DNA of 64,000 bases from Acidimicrobiia bacterium (GTDB lineage: Bacteria > Actinomycetota > Acidimicrobiia > Spongiisociales > ZC4RG35): assembly GCA_036374335.1 (NCBI GenBank), contig DASUUC010000100.1:5368-69367 (forward strand), in the 5' to 3' direction. Each line of letters begins with the position of its first letter. The stretch's first letter is position 1. The notes beneath the pieces were generated by a model. The model ran no database searches. It was not told where the DNA came from and saw only the letters and a program-made list of their open reading frames with translations. Below, piece by piece: positions 49,126-58,980 of this stretch. Made by a program: the position numbers and the translations under genes.

Positions 49126-50124
49126 ATGCGAGTTCTGGTCACCGGCGGCGCCGGGTTCATCGGAAGCCACACCGTCGTCGCCCTGATGCAAGCGGGTCAT
49201 GAAGCGGTTGTGGTCGACAACCTCAACAATTCCCAGCCGTCGGTGATTCGACGCATCGGTGAGATCACGGGAACAGCACCCGAGTTTCACCACCGAGACG
49301 TGCGCGACCGCGATGCACTTGCGGCGCTGGCAAGTGAGGGAATCGACGCATGTATCCACTTCGCCGCGCTCAAGGCCGTTGGCGAGTCGGTGGAAAAGCC
49401 GATGCTCTATTACGAGAACAATGTCGGAGGAACCATCGCACTGCTCGAGGTCCTCCTCGACGCCGGAGTCGACAAGTTCGTCTTCAGCTCATCGGCGACC
49501 GTGTATGGCGAACCTCAGGTCCTGCCATTGCGTGAAGATATGCCCATTGGGGTGGCTACCAACCCATATGGATGGTCGAAGATCATGATGGAGCAGGTGC
49601 TTCGCGACGTTCAAGCAGCGAACCCGAGCTGGAGCGTTTCGTTGCTCCGTTACTTCAACCCCGTCGGTGCACACCCCTCGACTCTGATCGGTGAAGATCC
49701 CAAGGGAACCCCCAACAATCTGATGCCATATGTAGCGCGGGTCGCCGCGGGCCTGCTTCCCAAGGTTCGGGTCTTTGGCGGCGACTATCCGACTGCGGAC
49801 GGCACCGGAGTGCGCGACTACATCCATGTCGTCGACCTGGCCGAGGGTCATGTAGCCGCACTGGACGAAAAAGCAGAGGATCCGGGAGTCCACGTGTACA
49901 ACCTGGGTACCGGGCGGGGTCACAGCGTTCTCGAAGTCATCAAGACATTTGAAGAGGAGTCGGGCAAGCCCGTGCCCTACGAGATCGTGGCTCGGCGTCC
50001 CGGCGATGTTGCCTCGAGCTGGGCCGACGTCAAGAAGGCTGCCGACGAGTTGGGCTGGTCGACCACCAGGGATCTCGCCCAGATGTGTGCGGACGCGTGG
50101 AGTTGGCAAGAGAACATCAGGTGA
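49126..50124 (+). CDS. galE: UDP-glucose 4-epimerase
   Basis: MRVLVTGGAGFIGSH, YxxxK (PYGWSK) motif. Confidence 0.93.
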   Translation: MRVLVTGGAGFIGSHTVVALMQAGHEAVVVDNLNNSQPSVIRRIGEITGTAPEFHHRDVRDRDALAALASEGIDACIHFAALKAVGESVEKPMLYYENNVGGTIALLEVLLDAGVDKFVFSSSATVYGEPQVLPLREDMPIGVATNPYGWSKIMMEQVLRDVQAANPSWSVSLLRYFNPVGAHPSTLIGEDPKGTPNNLMPYVARVAAGLLPKVRVFGGDYPTADGTGVRDYIHVVDLAEGHVAALDEKAEDPGVHVYNLGTGRGHSVLEVIKTFEEESGKPVPYEIVARRPGDVASSWADVKKAADELGWSTTRDLAQMCADAWSWQENIR

Positions 50125-50146
50125 TTCTGCGTAGCCTTCGCTTCAG

Positions 50147-51853
50147 ATGACAGACCTGATCGATCGTGCTCGAAGCTGGATCGCTAGTGATCCCGATCCG
50201 GCGACCAGGACCGAGCTGGAGTCGGTCATCGACAGCGGAGACATCGACGAGCTGATCTCACGTCTCGATACCGCCCTTGAATTCGGCACCGCAGGGATAC
50301 GGGGTGAGGTCGGAGCAGGGCCGGGGCGGATGAATCGGGCTGTTGTCATCAGGACCACATACGGTCTGGCTCGCTACCTCCATGAGCACGAAGAAGGGAG
50401 CCAAGCGGGGCGGGTCGTAGTGGGGTTCGATGCCCGCCCGGACAGCCGTGAGTTCGCCGAGGACACCGCGGGGGTCATCGCCGCGGCCGGAATTCCCGTC
50501 GTCTATTTCCCGAAGGTGACACCAACGCCTCTGGTGGCGTATGCCGCGAAACATCTCAGCGCGAGTGCCGCCGTCGTGGTCACCGCATCGCACAACCCTC
50601 CTGCCGACAACGGCTACAAGGTCTACGGGCCGAATGCGGCTCTGATCGTCTCACCCATCGACATCGAGATACAAGAAGCGATCGCGGTGGCACCTGGGGC
50701 GAGTGAAATCGACAGGATCGAAAGGGTGTTCACCGGAAGCTCTGCCTTCGTCAACCCGATCGATGAGAGCATCCTCGATTGCTATTGGGAGGAAGTCGCC
50801 GCCACCCGATCCCGGAAGACCGGTTCGGCCCTGCAAGTGGTCTATACGCCGATCCACGGAGTCGGAGGTGATGTCGTACTGGACCTGATGCAGAGAGCAG
50901 GACACACCGGGGTCGTCGCCGTGCCCGAGCAAGCCGAGCCCGATGGGAGCTTTCCCACGGTCGCCTTTCCCAATCCGGAGGAGCCCGGCGCCCTCGACCT
51001 GGCTCTCGACCTGGCCCGCGCAAAGTCGGCGGACCTGATCCTGGCCAACGACCCCGACGCCGATCGGCTCGCCGCGGTGGTGCCGAATGCGGGGGAGTGG
51101 CGTCCCCTCTCGGGAAACGAGATCGGTGCCCTGCTCGGCGATTACATGCTCCGCAACGACCCTGGTCCGGAGGAGTCCATCGTCGTCAGCTCGATCGTGT
51201 CGTCTCCCATGCTGGCAGCGATTGCGGCTTCATATGGAGCCAGGCACGAGCCGACCCTGACCGGGTTCAAATGGATCGTAAGGGCCGGGCTCGCCCTCGA
51301 GGCTTCGACCGGTGGGCGCTTCATCTTTGGATATGAGGAGGCCCTCGGATACACGGTCGGGTCCACGGTACGGGACAAAGACGGGATCTCCGCCGCCCTC
51401 CTGTTCACGGACCTGGCCGCCGACCTCGAAGACTCAGATCGCGCCGTCATCGATTATCTCCACGACCTGTGGAGGGCTCACGGGCTCTGGGTGAGCGGGC
51501 ACACGTCGATTTCCAAAGCCGGGCCAGAAGGCGTCGAGTCTCTCCGCGATGCGGTGGACCGACTGGGTGATGACCCGCCGGAAGAACTCGGCGGCATCCC
51601 GGTGACCGGGGTCACCGACTATCGAAAGGGTGGCTCCGAGCGTCCTGACTGGCTCGGGGAGCAGGCTCTCATCGAGCTGCACATCGGGCAAATGGGTCGT
51701 CTCTTGGTGCGCCCCAGCGGGACCGAGCCGAAGCTGAAGATCTATGTCGACCTGCGTGAGGACCCTGGAGATGATCTCGACTCACAGCACATGGCCCTCG
51801 AGGAGCGGGCGGCGCGCCTGGGGCGGGAATTGTCTGGTGTGCTCGGATTCTGA
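50147..51853 (+). CDS. Phospho-sugar mutase (phosphomannomutase/phosphoglucomutase family)
   Basis: Active-site TASHNPPADNGYK, metal loop DPDADR. Confidence 0.88.
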   Translation: MTDLIDRARSWIASDPDPATRTELESVIDSGDIDELISRLDTALEFGTAGIRGEVGAGPGRMNRAVVIRTTYGLARYLHEHEEGSQAGRVVVGFDARPDSREFAEDTAGVIAAAGIPVVYFPKVTPTPLVAYAAKHLSASAAVVVTASHNPPADNGYKVYGPNAALIVSPIDIEIQEAIAVAPGASEIDRIERVFTGSSAFVNPIDESILDCYWEEVAATRSRKTGSALQVVYTPIHGVGGDVVLDLMQRAGHTGVVAVPEQAEPDGSFPTVAFPNPEEPGALDLALDLARAKSADLILANDPDADRLAAVVPNAGEWRPLSGNEIGALLGDYMLRNDPGPEESIVVSSIVSSPMLAAIAASYGARHEPTLTGFKWIVRAGLALEASTGGRFIFGYEEALGYTVGSTVRDKDGISAALLFTDLAADLEDSDRAVIDYLHDLWRAHGLWVSGHTSISKAGPEGVESLRDAVDRLGDDPPEELGGIPVTGVTDYRKGGSERPDWLGEQALIELHIGQMGRLLVRPSGTEPKLKIYVDLREDPGDDLDSQHMALEERAARLGRELSGVLGF

Positions 51854-51854
51854 G

Positions 51855-52034
51855 CTAGTGACCTCTGACCCGGTCCCTCGTGGCGTACAAGTAGAGCCAA
51901 CCCAGGCCATGGATAACGACCCCGAGGGCGAGAACAGCTCCAGCGGCGGGGTACCCCGCGATCAATGAAGCAATAGCGGCGAGGGCGGCTGCGATCACCA
52001 GAACGGTGCGTACGCCATTGAGAGGTCCAAACAC
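51855..52034 (-). CDS. Small hypothetical membrane protein, 59 aa, two predicted TM segments
   Basis: GTG-initiated ORF just under the track cutoff; hydrophobic (VLVIAAALAAIASLIAGY...VLALGVVIHGLGWLYLY); fills an otherwise empty 220-nt gap. Confidence 0.35.
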   Translation of the reverse strand: MFGPLNGVRTVLVIAAALAAIASLIAGYPAAGAVLALGVVIHGLGWLYLYATRDRVRGH

Positions 52035-52086
52035 GCTTCTGAGATTATCTCATTAGGGGCATGACCGTGCCAGAGTGGAAATCCCC

Positions 52087-53370
52087 ATGATCAGACTGAC
52101 AGGTCTCTTGGCCGCGCTCCTGCTCATCAGCGCCTGCGCCGGCGTAGCCGTCCGACCCAGCCCTGTAGCCACCACGACGACATCGACCGGAGTCGCGACA
52201 ACCCTTCCCAGCAGCGATTCGATCCCGGCTTCGACCACCTCCACATCCACTCCATCGGGGCCACCCGTCGCATGGATCGCACCCAGCGGGGTGCCGACGG
52301 CGGTCACAGCCGCAAACGGAGAGACAGTCGAAGTATTGACCCCCTGTGGGAACCCGGCAGTTCTCACCGAGGGAACCCCTGTCCATGAGGTCGACGTGGT
52401 CATCGACGCCGGTCACGGTGGACCCATCGACACCGGGGCCGTTGGGGAAACCGGTCTCGCCGAGAAGGACATCAATTTGGCTGTGAGCCTTGCTGTACAC
52501 GATCTGTTGGCCGAACGGGGCATCCCGTCGTTTCTGACCAGGGTGGGCGACTATCCGATCCCAATCCGAAACCGTGCGGCCTATTCGGACCTCGTGGATG
52601 CGCGGGCCATCGTGTCGATTCACCACAACGCACCTCTAGCACCCGCTTCCGAGATTCCAGGTGTCGAGATATTCGTCCAGCGGGACACACCGGAATCGGC
52701 GAGGTTGGGTGGGCTCATCTACGAGAAAACCATGGCGTCACTGAGTGAGTTCGACGTCGAATGGGCCCGGGCGCCCGACGCCGGCGTGATGACCGTGGTC
52801 AACAGCGAGGGAGAAGACGCATATGGCATGGTGCGGCGCCCCGAGGCACCTAGCGCCCTCGTGGAGCTCGGCTACATCGCCAACCCGGCCGAGGCACGGC
52901 TTTACACAGATCCTGCCTATGTGCCGGCTGTGGCGTCGGCGGTCACCGATGCAATCGAGGTCTTCTTCACCAGTGACGAGGCGGGCTCGCCTCTGGTTGA
53001 GGGTCGTGACTTCGATCCCGCCGGAGGCGTCGGACAGGATCAATGCATCGAGCCCGACCTGGAGCTGAGCCTCTATCCCGATGTTGTCGATGTCTCCGTC
53101 AGCGGCGACGAAGGGTCATATGACTTCGACGTCACCGTGAGCTCTCCATACGACTCCCCGAATAGGCACGCGGACGCGTGGCGGGTCGTCGGCGACGATG
53201 GTCAGATCTACGGCGTCCGTGAACTGACACACGACCATGCCAACGAGCAGCCTTTCACCCGGTCACTGTCAGGAGTCGATATCCCGCAGAGCGTGGACAC
53301 TGTCACGGTTCAGGCACGTGACCTGGTCTACGGGTGGGGCGGAGCGGTAGTCGAGGTCGCGTTGCCGTGA
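52087..53370 (+). CDS. N-acetylmuramoyl-L-alanine amidase lipoprotein (Amidase_3) with unknown C-terminal domain
   Basis: Signal peptide with lipobox LISAC; VVIDAGHGG...SIHHNA amidase motifs. The C-terminal ~140 aa are unassigned. Confidence 0.85.
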   Translation: MIRLTGLLAALLLISACAGVAVRPSPVATTTTSTGVATTLPSSDSIPASTTSTSTPSGPPVAWIAPSGVPTAVTAANGETVEVLTPCGNPAVLTEGTPVHEVDVVIDAGHGGPIDTGAVGETGLAEKDINLAVSLAVHDLLAERGIPSFLTRVGDYPIPIRNRAAYSDLVDARAIVSIHHNAPLAPASEIPGVEIFVQRDTPESARLGGLIYEKTMASLSEFDVEWARAPDAGVMTVVNSEGEDAYGMVRRPEAPSALVELGYIANPAEARLYTDPAYVPAVASAVTDAIEVFFTSDEAGSPLVEGRDFDPAGGVGQDQCIEPDLELSLYPDVVDVSVSGDEGSYDFDVTVSSPYDSPNRHADAWRVVGDDGQIYGVRELTHDHANEQPFTRSLSGVDIPQSVDTVTVQARDLVYGWGGAVVEVALP

Positions 53371-53371
53371 C

Positions 53372-55195
53372 TCAAGTGCTGGTCGTGCCTCGCTGCCACG
53401 ACGCATAGAGGTTTCCATACACGCCGTCTGCTGTCACCAGCTCTTCGTGGTTGCCGTCCTGGACGAGTCGGCCGTTGTCGAACACCAGTATCCGGTCGGC
53501 CGTTTCGGCCGTGGAGAGACGGTGAGCGATGGTGACCACGGTTCGCCCGGTCGTCAGTCGGGTCAGCGCCCGGTTGATCCGCACTTCGGTGGCCGGGTCC
53601 ACCGCAGACGTCGCCTCGTCGAGAACCAAGAGATCGGGATCGGCGATGGCAGCCCGGACCAGTGTCACCAGCTGTCTCTCTCCAACAGACAGCGAGCTGC
53701 CACGTTCTCCAACGGGCGTGTCCAGACCGAGTGCCAGCTCGGAGAGCCATTCGGCCAGACCGAGATCCTTGAAGGCAGTAACGAGGTCTTCTCGTGAGGC
53801 TTCGGGCGAGCCCATGCGGACGTTGTCAGCGATTGTCCCGCGGAACAGAATCCCTTCCTGGGGCACCATGACCACCCGATCTCTCAGTGAGTCGAACTGG
53901 ACGTTTCTCACGTCGACCCCTCCGATCTCGACCTTCCCCGCGGTCGGGTCCATCAGTCGCGTCAACAGCTTGGCGAAGGTCGTCTTACCCGAACCTGTCT
54001 CGCCGACGATGGCCACCCGTTGCCGGGCCGGGATCTCGATGTTGATCTCTCTGAGCGCAGGTGCGGCATCTGCCTCGGAAGCCGTCTCTCCGGGTCGCGG
54101 GTAGCGGAACTCCACACTCGTGAAACGCGCCCCCAATGGCTGGTGGGGGAGCACGACCCCGTCGGAACCCGGATCGGCGACATCCGGGGCAATGTCGAGG
54201 ATGTCGAGGACACGGCTCCAACCCGCGACCGCCGTCTGCGCCTCGTTGACCGCTTCTCCCATGAACTGGACGGGTTGGACGAATAGCTGGACCAGGAAGA
54301 GGAAGGCGACGACGACGCCAACTGTCGTCGAGCCATTGACCACCAGGGTCGTTCCCACAATCACCACCGCGGCGACTATCAACGCCGAGGCGAATTCGCC
54401 AAAACCAGAGAAGATCGATGAAAGGCGGCCTGCTCTGGTGCCTGCCAGCCGGTGATCCTCTATGGCTTTCTCCAGGCCCTCCCGAGTCTTGTTCTCGATG
54501 CCATAGGCCCGGATGACCGGCGCACCGACCACCGTCTCGGCGATCAGAGCCAGCATCTGACCCACCTTCTCCCGGACGATCAGGTAGGCGATCTCGAGCC
54601 GGCTTTGAAAGAAGCGGATCATGAAGAGAACCAGGGGAATCAGAGCCACGACCACGAGCCCGAGCTGCACCGACATCACCATCATCACTCCGAGCGCGAG
54701 GATGGCCTGGAGACCATTGACCAGGAGCATCAGTCCGGCCCACTGCATGAATCGGCTGATTTGATCGACGTCGGAAGTCACCCGGGAAACCAACACACCG
54801 CGCTGTTCGGAGGCCTGGTGGAGCATCGAGAGATCGTGGATGTGGCGGAAGGCACGAATCCGGAGACCGGAGAGCGCGGTTTCGGCCACTCTGGCCAACC
54901 TCACGTGCATCCACCCGGTAGCTCCCCCTGTGATGATCACCGCGGCCAGGGCAATCAGGATCATCTCGATCACGAACCCCATGTCGACGCCGTCCTCTGC
55001 CAGCCCGTTGTCGATTATCTGCTGGATAGCTATGGGCACCACAACGCGACCAGCGGTGGCCACGATGGCGATGACGATTGTCCCGGCGAGACCGGTACGC
55101 AGCTCGGGGGAGAGGCTCAGGCCGCGACGGATCGTCTTCAAGGCTCCGCGGCGGGCGGCGACCTGCTCCCGTGGGGGAGCGGCAGCGGTGGTCAC
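53372..55195 (-). CDS. ABC exporter, fused permease/ATPase subunit
   Basis: Six-TM N-terminal domain; Walker A GETGSGKTT, signature LSVGERQ, Walker B LLVLDEATS. Confidence 0.9.
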   Translation of the reverse strand: MTTAAAPPREQVAARRGALKTIRRGLSLSPELRTGLAGTIVIAIVATAGRVVVPIAIQQIIDNGLAEDGVDMGFVIEMILIALAAVIITGGATGWMHVRLARVAETALSGLRIRAFRHIHDLSMLHQASEQRGVLVSRVTSDVDQISRFMQWAGLMLLVNGLQAILALGVMMVMSVQLGLVVVALIPLVLFMIRFFQSRLEIAYLIVREKVGQMLALIAETVVGAPVIRAYGIENKTREGLEKAIEDHRLAGTRAGRLSSIFSGFGEFASALIVAAVVIVGTTLVVNGSTTVGVVVAFLFLVQLFVQPVQFMGEAVNEAQTAVAGWSRVLDILDIAPDVADPGSDGVVLPHQPLGARFTSVEFRYPRPGETASEADAAPALREINIEIPARQRVAIVGETGSGKTTFAKLLTRLMDPTAGKVEIGGVDVRNVQFDSLRDRVVMVPQEGILFRGTIADNVRMGSPEASREDLVTAFKDLGLAEWLSELALGLDTPVGERGSSLSVGERQLVTLVRAAIADPDLLVLDEATSAVDPATEVRINRALTRLTTGRTVVTIAHRLSTAETADRILVFDNGRLVQDGNHEELVTADGVYGNLYASWQRGTTST

Positions 55196-57018
55196 GCCGG
55201 CTCCTTCTCATAGGCGTCGATGAGCTGTTGATAGGCGGGCAACGCGGCATAGAGAGCCTCGTGGGTTCCCCGGTCGATCACCCGGCCATCTTCGACATAG
55301 ATGACCTCGTCGGCGAGAACGATCGAGGAGCGCCGATACGCCACGATGACGACGGTCGTGTCGAGTTGGCGAAGGCCCTCCAGGATGGCGCTCTCCACCG
55401 CCGGGTCGACCGCCGACGTGGCATCGTCGAGAACGAGCAACCGAGGCTCACGGATGAGCGCTCGGGCGATTGCAATGCGTTGCCGTTGGCCTCCGGAGAG
55501 AGCTGCCCCCCGTTCACCGACGATCGTGGCATAGCCCTTTTCCAGCCTGGTGATGAAGTCGTGAGCCTGGGCCAGTTTCGCTGCCTGCACGACCTGCTCC
55601 TCGTCGAACTTCTCGTCGAGGGTGATGTTGTTGTAGACCGTGTCGTTGAACAGGAACGTCTCCTGGAAGACGATCGAAACCGCGCTGGCGAGAGAATCCC
55701 GTTCGAGATCGACCAGCGTGTGGCCGTCGAGGCAGATCTCTCCGGTGTCGGGGTCGAACAAACGGACCAGGAGATGGGCAATGGTCGACTTGCCGGAACC
55801 GGTGGGCCCGACGAGGGCCACGGTCTTGCCCGGGGAGACGTCGAGAGTCACGGACTCGATCCCGCGGCCGTCGTCCCCGTTGACCGCGGTGGGCACGGCT
55901 CTCGCTCCGAGATCCTGGTACTCCGTCTCCGGGTAGGAGTAGGCGATCGTCTCGGCACTGGCGCCGGCCCCACCCTGAGTGAGCGCATGGGTTTTGCCGT
56001 AGACCACCCTCGCATCTTCGTTGAGCACGGCTTGGACCCGGTGGTGGCCAACCACCGAACGCGGAAGCTCACCGAGCAGCCAGCCGAACACCCGCATCGG
56101 CAATGCGACCAGGCGGAAAAGGTAAGCGAAGGTGACCAACGTGCCAGGAGTGAGCAGTCCTTGCTCCACCCGCCAGGCTCCCAACAGGAGCACGGCGAGA
56201 ATCCCGATGTTGGGCAGAGCCTCGATCACCGGATCGAAAGCGGCCCTGAGCTTGCCCACTTCGACCATTCGGTCGCGCAGCTCGTCGGACCGCTCACCGA
56301 AGCGGCCGACTTCGTCGTTTTCCCGACCCAGCGTCTTGACCACGAGCGCGGCGTCGAACGACTCGTGGGCGATGTCGGCCACCTCGGCGCGCAGGGTCTG
56401 GGCCTGAGCCGCTACTGCTCGCATCCGTCGTTGGAAGGTGTAGTTGATCACCAGGAGAGCCGGTCCGACCAGAAACCCGATGAAGGCGAGGAAAGGGTCG
56501 GTGATGATGAGGATCACCGCCGTCCCTACGAGCATCAAAATCACGCCGAAGGCCATGGGCAGGGGAGCAGCGATGAACGAGGATGCTTCGACGTCCTCGT
56601 TGGCGTTGGAGAGCAGCTGGCCCGTGGGATGTCTTCGGTGCCATTCGACGGGGAGATCGAGATAGCGGTCGGTGACTTCGATACGGTCGCGATATTGGAG
56701 TCGATGCTGTGCGTAGTAGGCACCAACGCGGCGCATGGCGATCCCGGCCCCGTTCAGGGTGGCGACTCCGATGATTGCTCCCGCCGCACCCACCAGCGCA
56801 GCAGTGCCCACCTCGCCTGCCGCTACGGCCGGGAGCAGCACGTTGTCTGTGATCCAACCGAGGACGAACGAGGAGAGGATCGTCATCCCGGCGAAGAGGG
56901 TGGTCCCGATGCCTCCGAACACGAACTCCCGGGGAGCCCTCTTCAGTTGTCGGCCGATGAGTTGGCGACCGCTGCCCAACAGGTCGACATCATCGGTTGT
57001 CAGCGGTTCGGTTGCCAT
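55192..57018 (-). CDS. ABC exporter, fused permease/ATPase subunit (heterodimer partner)
   Basis: Walker A GPTGSGKST, signature LSGGQRQ, Walker B LLVLDDATS; 4-nt overlap with the downstream partner. Confidence 0.9.
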   Translation of the reverse strand: MATEPLTTDDVDLLGSGRQLIGRQLKRAPREFVFGGIGTTLFAGMTILSSFVLGWITDNVLLPAVAAGEVGTAALVGAAGAIIGVATLNGAGIAMRRVGAYYAQHRLQYRDRIEVTDRYLDLPVEWHRRHPTGQLLSNANEDVEASSFIAAPLPMAFGVILMLVGTAVILIITDPFLAFIGFLVGPALLVINYTFQRRMRAVAAQAQTLRAEVADIAHESFDAALVVKTLGRENDEVGRFGERSDELRDRMVEVGKLRAAFDPVIEALPNIGILAVLLLGAWRVEQGLLTPGTLVTFAYLFRLVALPMRVFGWLLGELPRSVVGHHRVQAVLNEDARVVYGKTHALTQGGAGASAETIAYSYPETEYQDLGARAVPTAVNGDDGRGIESVTLDVSPGKTVALVGPTGSGKSTIAHLLVRLFDPDTGEICLDGHTLVDLERDSLASAVSIVFQETFLFNDTVYNNITLDEKFDEEQVVQAAKLAQAHDFITRLEKGYATIVGERGAALSGGQRQRIAIARALIREPRLLVLDDATSAVDPAVESAILEGLRQLDTTVVIVAYRRSSIVLADEVIYVEDGRVIDRGTHEALYAALPAYQQLIDAYEKEPA

Positions 57019-57138
57019 GAGACCTCGAGGGTATGGGTGGGCGGAAGGTTTGGGGAATCCGACTCAGGCCTGGCGGAACAGCACCATAGGACTTCAAGCA
57101 TGGTTGAAGTCAAGTGCGTCGGGATGCGGCAGCGGACG

Positions 57139-58830
57139 TTATCTGTGTTGGCGTTCGAAGGCGGCAAGGACGGCCAGCAACGAGGCCGTGGTGATGTTGG
57201 AGTTCACTCCAATGCCCCATTTGGGGGCCCCTTCCTCACCTGAGCTCTCCACGTATGCCACTGCCTTGGCATCGGCGCCACTGCCGATCGCGTGCTCGCT
57301 GTAGTCGACGACGTCGAAAGCGCTGTCGAACTGCCCGCGGAGTGCATTGACGAACGCCTCCACCGGGCCGTCTCCCTCACCGGTGACGGTTACGTCGTCC
57401 CCGTCGACGAGCAGATGTGCCGTGATTGTCGTATGTCCGCTGCCTTCCTTGGCTGATGTGTGGAGCTCCTGGCTGTGCAGCCGGAACTTTGCCTTCTCGG
57501 GGAAGTAGACGCCCTGGAATGACTCCCACATCGACGCGGGGGTGATCTCGGTGCCGCTGTCCTCGGTGATGTACTGAATGGTCTTCGAGAACTCGATCTG
57601 GAGTCGGCGGGGAAGGTCGAAGCCGTGCTCCTCCTTCATCACATAGGCAACGCCACCCTTGCCCGACTGCGAGTTGACTCTGATCACCGCCTCATAGTTG
57701 CGACCGACATGCTTGGGATCGATCGGCAGATATGGCACACCCCATCTGTCGTAGTCGTGAGGCAGTGCTTCGAAACCCTTCTTGATGGCGTCTTGATGAG
57801 ACCCGGAGAAGGCGGTGTAGACCAGGTCGCCAACATATGGATGCCGGGGATGCACCGGGAGCCGGTTGCAGTACTCGGCCGTCCGGCGCAGCGCGTCGAT
57901 GTCGGTGATGTCGAGCTCGGGGTCGACACCGTTGGCGAACAGGTTCATCGCCAGCGTGATGATGTCGACATTCCCGGTACGCTCACCATTCCCGAAGAGA
58001 GTGCCTTCAACCCGGTCGGCGCCGGCCATCACCCCGAACTCGGCTGCGGCAACCGCACACCCCCGGTCGTTGTGCGGATGCAGGCTCAATACGATCGAGT
58101 CGCGGCGGCTTATCGAACGACCGAACCACTCGATCACGTCGCCGTACACGTTGGGGGAGTAGCACTCCACAGTCGCCGGCAGGTTGAGGATGATTGGATC
58201 GTCGGGTGAGGGGTCCATCTCGTCCATGACTGCCTCGCATACCTCAACGGCGAAGTCGGGCTCGGTCAGGGTGAAGCTCTCCGGGGAGTATTCGTAGCGG
58301 ATCGCGGTGTCCCCCATCGCCTCTTCGAGCTTGCGACACAGCTTGGCCGCATTCACCGGGATGTTCTTGACGCCCTCCTTGTCCATGCCAAAAACCACGT
58401 CGCGTTGCAGCGGGTTCGTCGAGTTGTAGAAATGGACGATTGCCCGGGGGGCGGCGGCGATGGAGTCGTAGGTGCGCTCGATGAGCTCTTCCCGGCATTG
58501 GACAAGGACCTGAATGGTGACGTCGTCAGGAATCAGATCGTCCTCGATGAGTTGACGCACGAAGTCGAAATCGGGCTGGCTGGCTGCCGGGAATCCGACC
58601 TCGATCTCTTTGAATCCCATGGCGACCAGTTCGTTGAACATCGCCAGCTTGCGCGGCGGGTCCATGGGGTCGATCAGTGCCTGGTTGCCGTCACGCAGGT
58701 CGACCGAGCACCACCTCGGTGCCTTCTCGATGGTGACGTTGGGCCAGGTTCTGTCCTCGAGGACGAGGGGTACGGATGGCCGGTACTTCTCGAATGGCAT
58801 CTTTTTTGGTGTTGCGATGGGAGGAGGCAT
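57139..58830 (-). CDS. leuA: 2-isopropylmalate synthase (long actinobacterial form)
   Basis: WCSVDLRDGNQ, HPHNDRG motifs; 563 aa with C-terminal regulatory domain. Confidence 0.93.
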   Translation of the reverse strand: MPPPIATPKKMPFEKYRPSVPLVLEDRTWPNVTIEKAPRWCSVDLRDGNQALIDPMDPPRKLAMFNELVAMGFKEIEVGFPAASQPDFDFVRQLIEDDLIPDDVTIQVLVQCREELIERTYDSIAAAPRAIVHFYNSTNPLQRDVVFGMDKEGVKNIPVNAAKLCRKLEEAMGDTAIRYEYSPESFTLTEPDFAVEVCEAVMDEMDPSPDDPIILNLPATVECYSPNVYGDVIEWFGRSISRRDSIVLSLHPHNDRGCAVAAAEFGVMAGADRVEGTLFGNGERTGNVDIITLAMNLFANGVDPELDITDIDALRRTAEYCNRLPVHPRHPYVGDLVYTAFSGSHQDAIKKGFEALPHDYDRWGVPYLPIDPKHVGRNYEAVIRVNSQSGKGGVAYVMKEEHGFDLPRRLQIEFSKTIQYITEDSGTEITPASMWESFQGVYFPEKAKFRLHSQELHTSAKEGSGHTTITAHLLVDGDDVTVTGEGDGPVEAFVNALRGQFDSAFDVVDYSEHAIGSGADAKAVAYVESSGEEGAPKWGIGVNSNITTASLLAVLAAFERQHR

Positions 58831-58878
58831 GGGTTTGGGTCCTTGTCTTTGGCGGCTGTGGGCACGAGCTCGACCGGG

Positions 58879-58909
58879 AAAAGAAAAAGCCCCCGGTCTT
58901 TCGGGGGGC
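58879..58909 (-). terminator. Intrinsic terminator (attenuator) in the leuA leader
   Basis: Minus-strand RNA GCCCCCC-GAAAGAC-CGGGGGC followed by UUUUUCUUUU; lies between the leader ORF and the leuA ATG. Confidence 0.6.
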
Positions 58910-58938
58910 GGGCAAACACGGATATCTGCGCGTCTGCC

Positions 58939-58980
58939 CTACATGAGGAGAAGGAGAGCGCGGTTGATGTTCGTGGTCAC
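58939..58980 (-). CDS. Leucine-rich leader peptide (M)TTNINRALLLLM, 13 aa
   Basis: GTG ACC ACG AAC ATC AAC CGC GCT CTC CTT CTC CTC ATG TAG; four consecutive Leu codons; TACAGT -10-like hexamer (58987-58992) 6 nt upstream of the GTG. Confidence 0.55.
   Translation of the reverse strand: MTTNINRALLLLM

Noticed and set aside
51854-52086. c-di-AMP (ydaO-type) or other riboswitch upstream of the amidase gene
   Set aside because: No conserved ydaO motifs are recognisable by eye. The gap is better explained by a 59-aa minus-strand membrane ORF. An Rfam scan would settle it.
53985-55250. 421-aa minus-strand ORF in an alternative frame of the ABC exporter gene
   Set aside because: It is out of frame with a well-supported gene and its translation is Arg/Gly/Pro-rich.
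55078-57243. 721-aa plus-strand ORF spanning both ABC exporter genes
   Set aside because: It runs antisense to two genes with unmistakable Walker/signature motifs. Its translation is Arg/Gly/Asp/His-rich and low in complexity, with no motifs. This is a typical high-GC antisense artefact.
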